Assembly: GCA_020697515.1 (NCBI GenBank)
Contig: JAIXNB010000043.1
Location: 1 to 14,932 of the forward strand
Length of the DNA: 14,932 bases
From: Nanobdellota archaeon
GTDB lineage: Archaea > Nanobdellota > Nanobdellia > Nanobdellales > Nanobdellaceae
Direction of reading: 5' to 3'
The stretch's first letter is position 1. Each line of letters begins with the position of its first letter. The notes below the pieces were generated by a model. It saw nothing but the letters and a program-made list of their open reading frames with translations. It searched no databases and was not told the DNA's origin. Positions 6,417-13,234 of the stretch are shown here, piece by piece. The position numbers and the translations under genes are program-made.

Positions 6417-7070
6417 TTATAGTTTTAGCTTTTGGACTATTGGAACCTCAATATTTATTCCTTTCTCATCTAATTTCTTTACATAATGATCTACAATCCT
6501 AGTGAGAACTTCTTCAAAATGTCTTGACAATTTTTCTGGCTCTAATCCTCTACTCAGATAACCGCAAAACTGTCTCCTGTACTTTTCAGGATCTTGCTCC
6601 TTTAATAGTTTAGCATAATTTGATATGTGCTCGCCTCTGATTCTATCTTCACTAGGCAAGATATCTTCACTATATGATACTTTCATACCGGCATCTACAG
6701 CACCTTTTAGAGCTGCAAATAGACTATTTCCCTTTGTTTTTCTTTGTCTGCCAATATCCAGAATAGCTTCATTAATTCCTTTTAGTATAGATTCAAATCC
6801 AGCTACAAGGCCTGTTAAATATGCTGTAGGGATACTCCCTCTATGTCCTAACCATCCAAATTTTTTATATAAGTATTTAGAGTGTACTGTCACAACAACT
6901 CTGTCCCCATTTGGATTATATAATACAGTTTGAACAACAAGATTATTTAGGCTTCTTCTAACAACTAATCTTGGCTTTCTAGACAACAACAGCTTTAATC
7001 TTTTTCTATAATCAGTCTTATCTTCTCTATGCCTTCTATATTTTACAAGATACTTAGGACCATGAGCCAT
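6417..7070 (-). CDS. rpl18: Ribosomal protein uL18 (L18p/L5e)
   Basis: The N-terminus is a uL18 hallmark: GPKYLVKYRRHREDKTDYRKRLKLLLSRKPRLVVRRSLNN. Confidence 0.9.
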   Translation of the reverse strand: MAHGPKYLVKYRRHREDKTDYRKRLKLLLSRKPRLVVRRSLNNLVVQTVLYNPNGDRVVVTVHSKYLYKKFGWLGHRGSIPTAYLTGLVAGFESILKGINEAILDIGRQRKTKGNSLFAALKGAVDAGMKVSYSEDILPSEDRIRGEHISNYAKLLKEQDPEKYRRQFCGYLSRGLEPEKLSRHFEEVLTRIVDHYVKKLDEKGINIEVPIVQKLKL

Positions 7071-7092
7071 TTTTTAACTACCATAAAAATAC

Positions 7093-7100
7093 TTAAAAAA
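7093..7100 (-). promoter_or_regulatory. Candidate TATA element for uL18
   Basis: The reverse strand reads TTTTTTAA, centred 26.5 nt from ATG 7070. A 155-nt gap separates uL18 from the eL19 stop. Confidence 0.35.
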
Positions 7101-7225
7101 ACTAACAATATAACTAAGTCTGCGTAGTTATCTATATATTACATATGCTGTATTATTGTAGTTGTAAAAGGGTTTGGTAATTTGTGTAAGAAAATATTAG
7201 GAAATAAAAAGTGTATAGTACCAAG

Positions 7226-7672
7226 TTATTCTAGATAACCCCTATCCTTCAACCAGAATAACAAGTGTGATCTAGATCTAAAGTACCCTCCTTTTGCCAT
7301 TAAATACAATTTCCTATATAGATGTCTGTCGATTAACCCTTTCTGTTTCAATGTTCTTAAAAGAGATCTCAATGCTCTAATTCTATTAATCCATGATCTT
7401 TTTCGCTCTAATCTAGCAGTTTTTGATCCTTTTCTAGAACCGGGTCCCCTTCTCCTGCCTTTTCTTTTTTGCAGATGTCTTATCCTTGCCCAAACTCTAG
7501 ATTGACCCTTAATAGGTTTTATTTTTATAATGCCTTTCTCTACTAATACTCTGATATCTTCTTTGGTTAGAGCTTTTGAAACTTCTTCTAGTTTAGTAGG
7601 ATCTATCCAAACTCTATCTACACCAACTCCATAAGCATCTGCAGCTAACCTCTTTTGTACTGATACATCCAT
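7226..7672 (-). CDS. rpl19e: Ribosomal protein eL19
   Basis: The pattern is typical of eL19: QKRLAADAYGVGVDRVWIDP...RRKGRRRGPGSRKG...R.WI.RIRALR..L. Confidence 0.9.
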   Translation of the reverse strand: MDVSVQKRLAADAYGVGVDRVWIDPTKLEEVSKALTKEDIRVLVEKGIIKIKPIKGQSRVWARIRHLQKRKGRRRGPGSRKGSKTARLERKRSWINRIRALRSLLRTLKQKGLIDRHLYRKLYLMAKGGYFRSRSHLLFWLKDRGYLE

Positions 7673-7692
7673 TTTTTAATTCTAAACGGATT

Positions 7693-7701
7693 ATTTAAAA
7701 A
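7693..7701 (-). promoter_or_regulatory. Candidate TATA element for eL19
   Basis: The reverse strand reads TTTTTAAAT, centred about 25 nt from ATG 7672. It lies in the 50-nt gap after the uL15 stop. Confidence 0.35.
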
Positions 7702-7722
7702 GTTAATTAAATTGGTAAAAAA

Positions 7723-8172
7723 TTAATATAGTTGGAGTACTACTTCTCCTCCGGCTTCTTTAACTTTCTCTATAGCAGACTCAGAGGCATATGGTGTAAT
7801 GATCTTTATAGGTATAGATATTTTGCCTTTTCCTAATAATTTGTTATAACCTAAATCAACTAGATTTACAACTAGTTTTCCATTCTCCTCTTTGACAAGA
7901 CCTGCTTCTTTCCAAGCGTCTATGTATTCATCAATTTGGCATAGATTAATAGCATAGATTTTCCTTCTTTTTGGAGGCACAAAACCTTTTTTGTCCTCAA
8001 ATAACTCGGGATGTTCTTTTATTATTTTCATATATTTCTGCTTTTTAAATCTCCATCCAGCAATCCCCCTACCTCCCCTATTACCTGCTCCTCTATTTCT
8101 ATCGTTATAACCACGTCTAGCATAGCGTTTACCTAGGTATTTCCTATATTTCTTTTTCCTTCTAACGACCAT
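7723..8172 (-). CDS. rpl15: Ribosomal protein uL15
   Basis: The N-terminus is basic and glycine-rich (RRKKKYRKYLGKRYARRGYNDRNRGAGNRGGRGIAG). The C-terminal part, LGKGKISIPIKI...SESAIEKVKEAGGEV, is typical of uL15. Confidence 0.88.
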   Translation of the reverse strand: MVVRRKKKYRKYLGKRYARRGYNDRNRGAGNRGGRGIAGWRFKKQKYMKIIKEHPELFEDKKGFVPPKRRKIYAINLCQIDEYIDAWKEAGLVKEENGKLVVNLVDLGYNKLLGKGKISIPIKIITPYASESAIEKVKEAGGEVVLQLY

Positions 8173-8194
8173 TGATTATGATTATAACGATAAT

Positions 8195-8202
8195 TTAATT
8201 AA
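8195..8202. promoter_or_regulatory. Palindromic TATA element TTAATTAA upstream of uL15
   Basis: Its centre lies 26.5 nt from uL15 ATG 8172 on the minus strand. It also lies 27.5 nt from the plus-strand ATG at 8226. Confidence 0.45.
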
Positions 8203-8535
8203 TCTGATCTTCCCTCTATCCAAAAATGAAGCCCTTTCATTTTAGTAAAGAGTATCTATCTGTCCCTGGAATATTTCTGTTCTCCCCACAAATTAGCTTA
8301 ATCATCAGCCTTGAGGGATTCTCCCATTCCATAGTATATAAAAATGCTATTAAACCCGGAAACTATTTTAAATCCTTAAATCTTAATTATATAATTTATA
8401 CCAACATACTATGATAGCAGTCTTTTAACTATAACTATCACAACCATGAAGTCCCATCCTTTTAGTAGGGGTAGAGGTCGGAAAGTTTAAGAAGTAGTTA
8501 TAAAAGTTTTTTCTAATCATTTTTTATAATATAAT

Positions 8536-8608
8536 GGCCCGGGTAGCTTAGCGGCAGAGCGCTCGGCTGTGGACCGAGAGGTCCCGGGTTCGAATCCCGG
8601 CCCGGGCC
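8536..8608 (+). tRNA. tRNA-His (anticodon GUG) with genomically encoded G-1
   Basis: G-1 is at 8536. Acceptor GCCCGGG/CCCGGGC, D stem GCTT/GAGC, anticodon stem CTCGG/CCGAG with loop CTGTGGA, T arm CCGGG-TTCGAAT-CCCGG, discriminator C73 able to pair with G-1. No CCA is encoded. It is antisense to the flanking ribosomal protein genes. Confidence 0.92.
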
Positions 8609-8703
8609 CTAAAAGGTTAAAATCTGTTTAAATTTGAACAATGACGGATCGTTAGATCTTGAATCTACAAGAAGCCAGAAAAGAAATTCTAATAAAAAAT
8701 ACT

Positions 8704-9183
8704 TTATATCATAGTCTCCAAAAGCTTATTTATCCTATCCCCCCAATATCCCCAAGTTCCTCCCTGAGTTACCTGAACTTTTATACCCTTTCTTGGATAT
8801 CCGCCGGAAGGTGGTTTTAATCTGAAGAAAGGTTTTAACCGTGGTATATCTGTTAATTCTACTTCAAATCTGAAGAACTTTTCAACAAAAGTATCTATGT
8901 CCATCCCAGTAGTTTGTTTTATATACTCTTCTGTAACTCTTTTATCCCCCTCCAGTCTACCTCTCTTTAATAGGAGTTTCTTAAACACCTCTGGAGATAT
9001 CTCGCCCCAGGCTACCCATGGCTCAATCTTTTTTACCATCCCAATGAAGGATGGTCTATCATCCAGTACTACTGCAACGTTTGTTCTCCTTAGCCTTAGT
9101 AGGTGTAAAGTGTCTTTTATTTCACTAGGGGCTTTTACAACCCCCTTTATTCTTATTACAACAATCCTTTTTGATCTCTCCAT
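8704..9183 (-). CDS. rpl30: Ribosomal protein uL30 (L7e type)
   Basis: The pattern is typical of uL30: RIVVIRIKGVVKAPSEIKDTLHLLRLRRTNVAVVLDDRPSFIGMVKKIEPWVAWGE. The ORF-track start at 9198 is a TTG. ATG 9183 lies 1 nt after the uS5 stop (TAA at 9187..9185). Confidence 0.88.
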   Translation of the reverse strand: MERSKRIVVIRIKGVVKAPSEIKDTLHLLRLRRTNVAVVLDDRPSFIGMVKKIEPWVAWGEISPEVFKKLLLKRGRLEGDKRVTEEYIKQTTGMDIDTFVEKFFRFEVELTDIPRLKPFFRLKPPSGGYPRKGIKVQVTQGGTWGYWGDRINKLLETMI

Positions 9184-9184
9184 T

Positions 9185-9943
9185 TTATATCTTTCCAACT
9201 TTTAATCCAGATAGATGGAGATATGCTGGATGCACCCTCACCAATGATAATTTCTTTAATGCATCGTAGATAGCTCCTATAAAGTTTATTCTTCTCCTAG
9301 TTTGTCCGAAAGATTGTACCCAGATATCCTTTATCCCAGCAAGTCTAAACACTTTTTTAGCTTCGTCAGATGCTACTAAACCTACACCTACAGGAGCTGG
9401 TAATAGATGTATCCTCACAGAACCTTTTTTACCCATAATTTTATAGGGAATAGAATGAGGTTGTCCACATGCACACTCCCAAGATCCACACCCTCTTAAT
9501 ATTGCAATTATATTTAGTTTAGCATCTCTTACAGCTTTTTGCATTGCTTTTGGAACATCATCTCCCTTACCTAAACCGATACCAATATGTCCATTTTCAT
9601 CACCTACAACAGCTAGAGCAATCCAAGAAGGTTTATTACCCTCTGCTGTCTTTCTTTGAACCATTTTAACTAGCTTTGGTTTCCTAAATTTACCTTTTGA
9701 AAGTGCCAATCTGATAAATTCCACTTTCAACTCAGGTAACAAATAGTCCACTATCTCTGCTTCCAGTATTTTATACCCGTTAACTATTATGTAGTCTATA
9801 TCCTGTATCTTACCCTCCTTCACCAACTTACCTAGCTTCGTTTTTGGTTGCCAGGATTCTAGCTCGAGCTGTTGCCTTTCAATCTGCGATAGGGTTTTTT
9901 CTTCTTGTTTAGCAGCTTCTTTCAATTGTTCTTTATTCACCAT
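9185..9943 (-). CDS. rps5: Ribosomal protein uS5
   Basis: The sequences [51 protein letters not shown] and [12 protein letters not shown] are typical of archaeal uS5. The ATG at 9943 lies inside the eL37 3' end. Confidence 0.92.
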   Translation of the reverse strand: MVNKEQLKEAAKQEEKTLSQIERQQLELESWQPKTKLGKLVKEGKIQDIDYIIVNGYKILEAEIVDYLLPELKVEFIRLALSKGKFRKPKLVKMVQRKTAEGNKPSWIALAVVGDENGHIGIGLGKGDDVPKAMQKAVRDAKLNIIAILRGCGSWECACGQPHSIPYKIMGKKGSVRIHLLPAPVGVGLVASDEAKKVFRLAGIKDIWVQSFGQTRRRINFIGAIYDALKKLSLVRVHPAYLHLSGLKVGKI

Positions 9944-10113
9944 TTTCTTTTAGCTTTATATGACCAAGAGTATTGCCTCATCTTAGAGCTCCTTCCAAAG
10001 CCACAATGGGAACAATATCCTTTATCTGGATTAAAAGATCTTCTACCACAACGTCTACATATAATATGATTTCGTTTGTTCCTTTTTCCTTTTGCAGCAG
10101 TACCATCAGACAT
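9937..10113 (-). CDS. rpl37e: Ribosomal protein eL37 (58 aa; absent from the supplied ORF track)
   Basis: My hand translation of the reverse strand gives [58 protein letters not shown]. This shows the eL37 pattern GKRN..H..CRRCG..SF......C..CG......R.Y.WS.KA.R with a C4 zinc ribbon. The ATG is at 10113..10111 and the TGA at 9939..9937. It overlaps the uS5 start by 7 nt (ATGGTGA). Confidence 0.9.
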   Translation of the reverse strand: MSDGTAAKGKRNKRNHIICRRCGRRSFNPDKGYCSHCGFGRSSKMRQYSWSYKAKRKW

Positions 10114-10135
10114 AAGATGTTATACCTAAAAATTG

Positions 10136-10143
10136 TTTATAAA
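10136..10143. promoter_or_regulatory. Palindromic TATA box TTTATAAA shared by the divergent eL37-uS5-uL30 and uL16 units
   Basis: Exactly 22 nt separate the octamer from the eL37 ATG (10113, minus). Exactly 22 nt also separate it from the uL16 ATG (10166, plus). The centre-to-ATG distance is 26.5 nt on both sides. Confidence 0.6.
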
Positions 10144-10165
10144 GGTTATATTGAATCCTAAACAA

Positions 10166-10729
10166 ATGGCAAGAGTTAGACCATGGAGAGTTCACAGACC
10201 TGTAGAAAGACCCTATACAAGATTTTCTTATAGTGAACGAAAGAACTTTATCCCAGGTGCCCCACCGTCTAAAGTAAGGATCTTGGTGATGGGTAAGAAA
10301 TGTAGAAAACCAAAAGAGTGGAAGTATGTTGGACATCTAATCGCCTTGGAGCATGTTCAAATATCAGATGCATCCTTAGAAGCTATAAGAATTAATATAA
10401 ACAAATACTTAGAGAGAAGGGTTAAAGATTATTTATTCTTAATAAGGGCGTACCCACATCATGTTGTAAGAGAACACCCAATAGCCTATGGGGCCGGTGC
10501 TGACCGTATTTCTCAAGGTATGCGTCTGGCATTTGGAAAACCAGTTAGAAGGGCTGCGCAACTATATCCTGGTAGGATAGTTTTATCTATATACTTCAAC
10601 AAAGGAATATTTGAAGATATAAAAGATTATTTAAGAATTGCTAAAAATAAGTTACCAGGATCTTATCAGATATATGTAGGGGAAAACAGGGATGAAAAGG
10701 AGATATTAAAACAACTTGATTTAACCTAA
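10166..10729 (+). CDS. rpl10e: Ribosomal protein uL16 (L10e)
   Basis: The sequences MARVRPWRVHRPVERPYTR...IPGAPPSKV... and ...RMR.AFGKP.. are typical of L10e. The ORF-track start at 10133 would fall inside the TATA region, whereas the internal ATG 10166 matches homologue N-termini (MA-R-P). Confidence 0.88.
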   Translation: MARVRPWRVHRPVERPYTRFSYSERKNFIPGAPPSKVRILVMGKKCRKPKEWKYVGHLIALEHVQISDASLEAIRININKYLERRVKDYLFLIRAYPHHVVREHPIAYGAGADRISQGMRLAFGKPVRRAAQLYPGRIVLSIYFNKGIFEDIKDYLRIAKNKLPGSYQIYVGENRDEKEILKQLDLT

Positions 10730-10764
10730 GTACCCAAAAACCTTTATAACCTTCATACTCCTTA

Positions 10765-11436
10765 TCACTTATTTTGTATTAAGAACATTGCATGATCCTT
10801 ATGATATGGATCTAATCGTACAACATCGATTATTCTAAAACCGTATTCTCTTAGTTGCTTTTCAACATCTCTAAATATCACTTTTGGGTTTTTTGTAACA
10901 TCAATTGATCTAGCTTTAACTGCTAGGAATCCATACCCCCCTCCTCTTAAATAATAATCTATGTTTCTAATGAATATATCAACCTGGTGTGGTTGTGCAA
11001 CATCTTCGTATACTAAGTCCACTCTAGAGACAATATGTAAATATTTATCTGGTTTGGAAGCATCTTCTAATATAGGTATTATATTTTTTCTATCTTTTAC
11101 AATAGGTATCAACTCTCTCATTATCCTAGGAGCAACGTCTATACCAAAAATTACCCCGTCCCACCCAATTATATCAGAAATGTGGGATGCTGTGGTACCA
11201 GCCGCGATACCAAGATATAATATCTTATCCCCTGGTTTTATAGGTACTTCCTTTATTCTCTTTTTAATTGCAGCAGCAAGCTTGGATCTGTTAACTATCC
11301 ATTCTCTATACTCTTCTCCTTTCTCCCTAATTATTCTTTCGCCATAAACTTTCTGCCCAGGAATCAAATTTTTAGTATACAATCTTCTGCCATCTGTATA
11401 TATATGTGGATTTTCTCTGATAGGTCTGAACTTCAT
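10765..11436 (-). CDS. flpA: Fibrillarin-like rRNA/tRNA 2'-O-methyltransferase
   Basis: The sequences YGE...[14 protein letters not shown], the SAM-binding motif [24 protein letters not shown] and [11 protein letters not shown] are typical of fibrillarin. The gene starts 7 nt after the nop5 stop. Confidence 0.93.
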   Translation of the reverse strand: MKFRPIRENPHIYTDGRRLYTKNLIPGQKVYGERIIREKGEEYREWIVNRSKLAAAIKKRIKEVPIKPGDKILYLGIAAGTTASHISDIIGWDGVIFGIDVAPRIMRELIPIVKDRKNIIPILEDASKPDKYLHIVSRVDLVYEDVAQPHQVDIFIRNIDYYLRGGGYGFLAVKARSIDVTKNPKVIFRDVEKQLREYGFRIIDVVRLDPYHKDHAMFLIQNK

Positions 11437-11443
11437 TTTTTAC

Positions 11444-12454
11444 TTATTTTGTTTTACCTTTTATACCTTCCTTTAGCTGCCTAAATCTCTCTTCTAACTC
11501 CTTTTGTAATCTATCTGCAATGAATTTACCCGGTGTAAATGCGTCCACCTTTGCAGCTATGGAGATTTTTGCTGCTAAAGTTCTAGCCATAGCACCCCTT
11601 CTCTTTTTAGGAAGCTTCTGAACCATCGGATGATTAAACAATACACCATGCTTTGGGGGTGGGGTACCCTTTCTTAAATGCCTGAACAAAGCTTTCTCAG
11701 CGCCTAGAACTTGTATAGTTGATGCAGGTAGCATTGCCAACTCCTTCAATCCACCGGCTAAGGCAATTAATCTCGCCCCAACTGTTGGACCTGCAATAGC
11801 TTTTACGTTTGGTGCCACCTCCTCCATCAGTTTCTCAATATACTTTCTTAGATCTTCTCTAAGTCTATATAACTCAAGTATTCTTTTAGATATATTATTC
11901 AACATCTCAATATCCATTTCAGTTAAATCACCTCCCATGGTATCCTCTATCCCATATTCTTTCATTAACTCCTCTCTCGTCTTGCCAGAAACTGTTTTCA
12001 CAAATTTTTCATGATCATCTATCATCTGGGATAACTCTGGTAAATATAATTCATACCACTCTCTAAATCTTTCCATCATCAAGTTAATTATTTTGTTTAA
12101 ATCATCTAACATCGATATAGCCTGGATTATTATCAAATCTCTTGTTACGGATCTAGAAATATCTCTAATGGCAGCTCTAACAAATTGTGGTTGAACTGTA
12201 ATAAAGTCCTCATCCCGTATCTGCCCTAGAGCTTTTCTTATTTTTCCTACGTTATCCTCTGTTCTGAAATCCTCAAAACGCTGTCCTAGAAATAGTACTC
12301 CCTGTGGGAGTATCTTTTTGATATTGTTAGGTAATTTTCCTTCTTTTATAGTTAAAATATCTTCTGCATCAAATTCAACTTTTTTCTTATCCACTAAACG
12401 TATATTTTCATCGAATAAGTATATTCCACTGAATCTTACTAACGCATACTTCAT
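11444..12454 (-). CDS. nop5: Nop5 (Nop56/58) C/D box sRNP core protein, compact 336-aa form
   Basis: The Nop domain is present: APN..A.AGP.VGARLIALAGGL..LA.LPASTIQVLGAEKALFRHL..G...PKHG..F.HP.V. It forms the conserved nop5-flpA pair. TATA TTTATATA lies 26.5 nt upstream. Confidence 0.9.
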   Translation of the reverse strand: MKYALVRFSGIYLFDENIRLVDKKKVEFDAEDILTIKEGKLPNNIKKILPQGVLFLGQRFEDFRTEDNVGKIRKALGQIRDEDFITVQPQFVRAAIRDISRSVTRDLIIIQAISMLDDLNKIINLMMERFREWYELYLPELSQMIDDHEKFVKTVSGKTREELMKEYGIEDTMGGDLTEMDIEMLNNISKRILELYRLREDLRKYIEKLMEEVAPNVKAIAGPTVGARLIALAGGLKELAMLPASTIQVLGAEKALFRHLRKGTPPPKHGVLFNHPMVQKLPKKRRGAMARTLAAKISIAAKVDAFTPGKFIADRLQKELEERFRQLKEGIKGKTK

Positions 12455-12476
12455 TGATTAATCCTTAAAAATAAAG

Positions 12477-12484
12477 TATATAAA
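12477..12484 (-). promoter_or_regulatory. TATA box for the nop5-flpA operon
   Basis: The reverse strand reads TTTATATA. Its centre lies 26.5 nt from ATG 12454. Confidence 0.5.
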
Positions 12485-12554
12485 TAGTCTTGAGTGAATC
12501 TTAGACAAAAATCTATATTTTAAAAAGATGGATGAAAAAGTATATCAAAAGCTC

Positions 12555-12758
12555 TTATTTTTCCTTAGATTCTAACAATTCCTCAATTTTTTTATCAATT
12601 TTCAATATCTTTTCTTCTACACTTAATATTTTTTCTTCTAAACGAAGTATTTTCTTTTCTATTAAGATTGCTTTCTTTAAACCAATAAAAAGTACCAACA
12701 CTGTCGCAGTAGTCACAGCCAATAAAATTTTTGAAACAATATCAACTCCACTTATCAT
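12555..12758 (-). CDS. Hypothetical 67-aa protein with an N-terminal transmembrane helix and a heptad-repeat coiled coil
   Basis: The ATG lies 7 nt after the uS10 stop on the same strand. The sequence is MISGVDIVSKILLAVTTATVLVLFIGL (hydrophobic helix) followed by KKAILIE KKILRLE EKILSVE EKILKID KKIEELL. The opposite-strand ORF 12532..12786 is a low-complexity S/F/I mirror image and is less plausible. Confidence 0.5.
   Translation of the reverse strand: MISGVDIVSKILLAVTTATVLVLFIGLKKAILIEKKILRLEEKILSVEEKILKIDKKIEELLESKEK
12591..12674. repeat. About four imperfect 21-nt tandem repeats that encode the heptad repeats
   Basis: On the plus strand the two central units are TTCTTCTACACTTAATATTTT (12612..12632) and TTCTTCTAAACGAAGTATTTT (12633..12653), identical at 17 of 21 positions. 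They are flanked by more diverged units. Confidence 0.6.
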
Positions 12759-12765
12759 TTTACAA

Positions 12766-13071
12766 CTATTTTATTATTTTCATTGATATTTGTATTCCTG
12801 ATGGTATTTGTATTCTCATGAATTGTTTTATGAATCTTTCATCCATTGCTACTTCAATAATTCTCCTATAAATCCTCATCTGATAGGTTTCCCATATTTT
12901 GGTACCTCTTTTACCTAATGTCCTCATTGTTGGAACCCTCAATATTCTCGTTGGTAATGGTATTGGACCAGATTTCTCAATACCTAGTTGGTCTACTATC
13001 TTTAATATTTCATTTATTACATAATTTACATTATCTATATTATTTCCCCAAACCTTAATTCTAAGTCGCAT
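12766..13071 (-). CDS. rps10: Ribosomal protein uS10
   Basis: The sequence MRLRIKVWGNNIDNVNYV...GPIPLPTR.L.V...R...G.G...WE.YQMRIYRRIIE is typical of uS10. It lies downstream of EF-1alpha, a conserved archaeal pairing. Confidence 0.9.
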   Translation of the reverse strand: MRLRIKVWGNNIDNVNYVINEILKIVDQLGIEKSGPIPLPTRILRVPTMRTLGKRGTKIWETYQMRIYRRIIEVAMDERFIKQFMRIQIPSGIQISMKIIK

Positions 13072-13234
13072 TTAAAAGTTAGAGCAAAAATCTTAAAATG
13101 ATTTTATAATACTAACCCTAATTCCTTTACCCGGTGATTATACTTTTGCAATTATTATAACCTCAATATGCCTAAAAAAGAGTTAAATCTAGTAAATATT
13201 AGTAAAAATAAATAAAAAGTTGTATAGATGGCTC

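Noticed and set aside
8295-8312. C/D box sRNA candidates. These include CTGATGA on the minus strand at about 8310..8304, ATGATGG on the minus strand at 2894..2888 with CTGA about 80 nt away, ATGATGA at 6154..6148 inside the 81-aa ORF, and TGATGA at about 13696 antisense to tuf
   Set aside because: None has a properly spaced D box (CUGA) 50-60 nt away together with C'/D' boxes and a terminal stem. Several simply sit within codons (YDEEE). A proper search with snoscan or covariance models across the genome would be needed.
8226-8414. The 62-aa ORF MKPFHFSKEYLSVPGIFLFSPQ... considered as a bona fide CDS
   Set aside because: Its F/S/I/L-rich composition is typical of chance ORFs on a T-rich strand, and I recognise no family. 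I kept it only as a possible transcript start in the findings because of the well-spaced TTAATTAA element.
2437-8608. RNase P-independent, leaderless tRNA transcription of the Nanoarchaeum type
   Set aside because: The best TATA-like tracts lie about 32 to 39 nt upstream of the mature 5' ends, not about 26 nt. Short leaders are therefore predicted and the Nanoarchaeum-type arrangement is not supported. For tRNA-Glu an alternative tract at about 24.5 nt leaves some ambiguity.
12591-12674. Tandem 21-nt repeats considered as a possible CRISPR or other non-coding repeat array
   Set aside because: The units are contiguous with no spacers and their period is a multiple of 3. They translate into a regular heptad coiled coil inside an ORF, so they are coding repeats rather than a CRISPR array.
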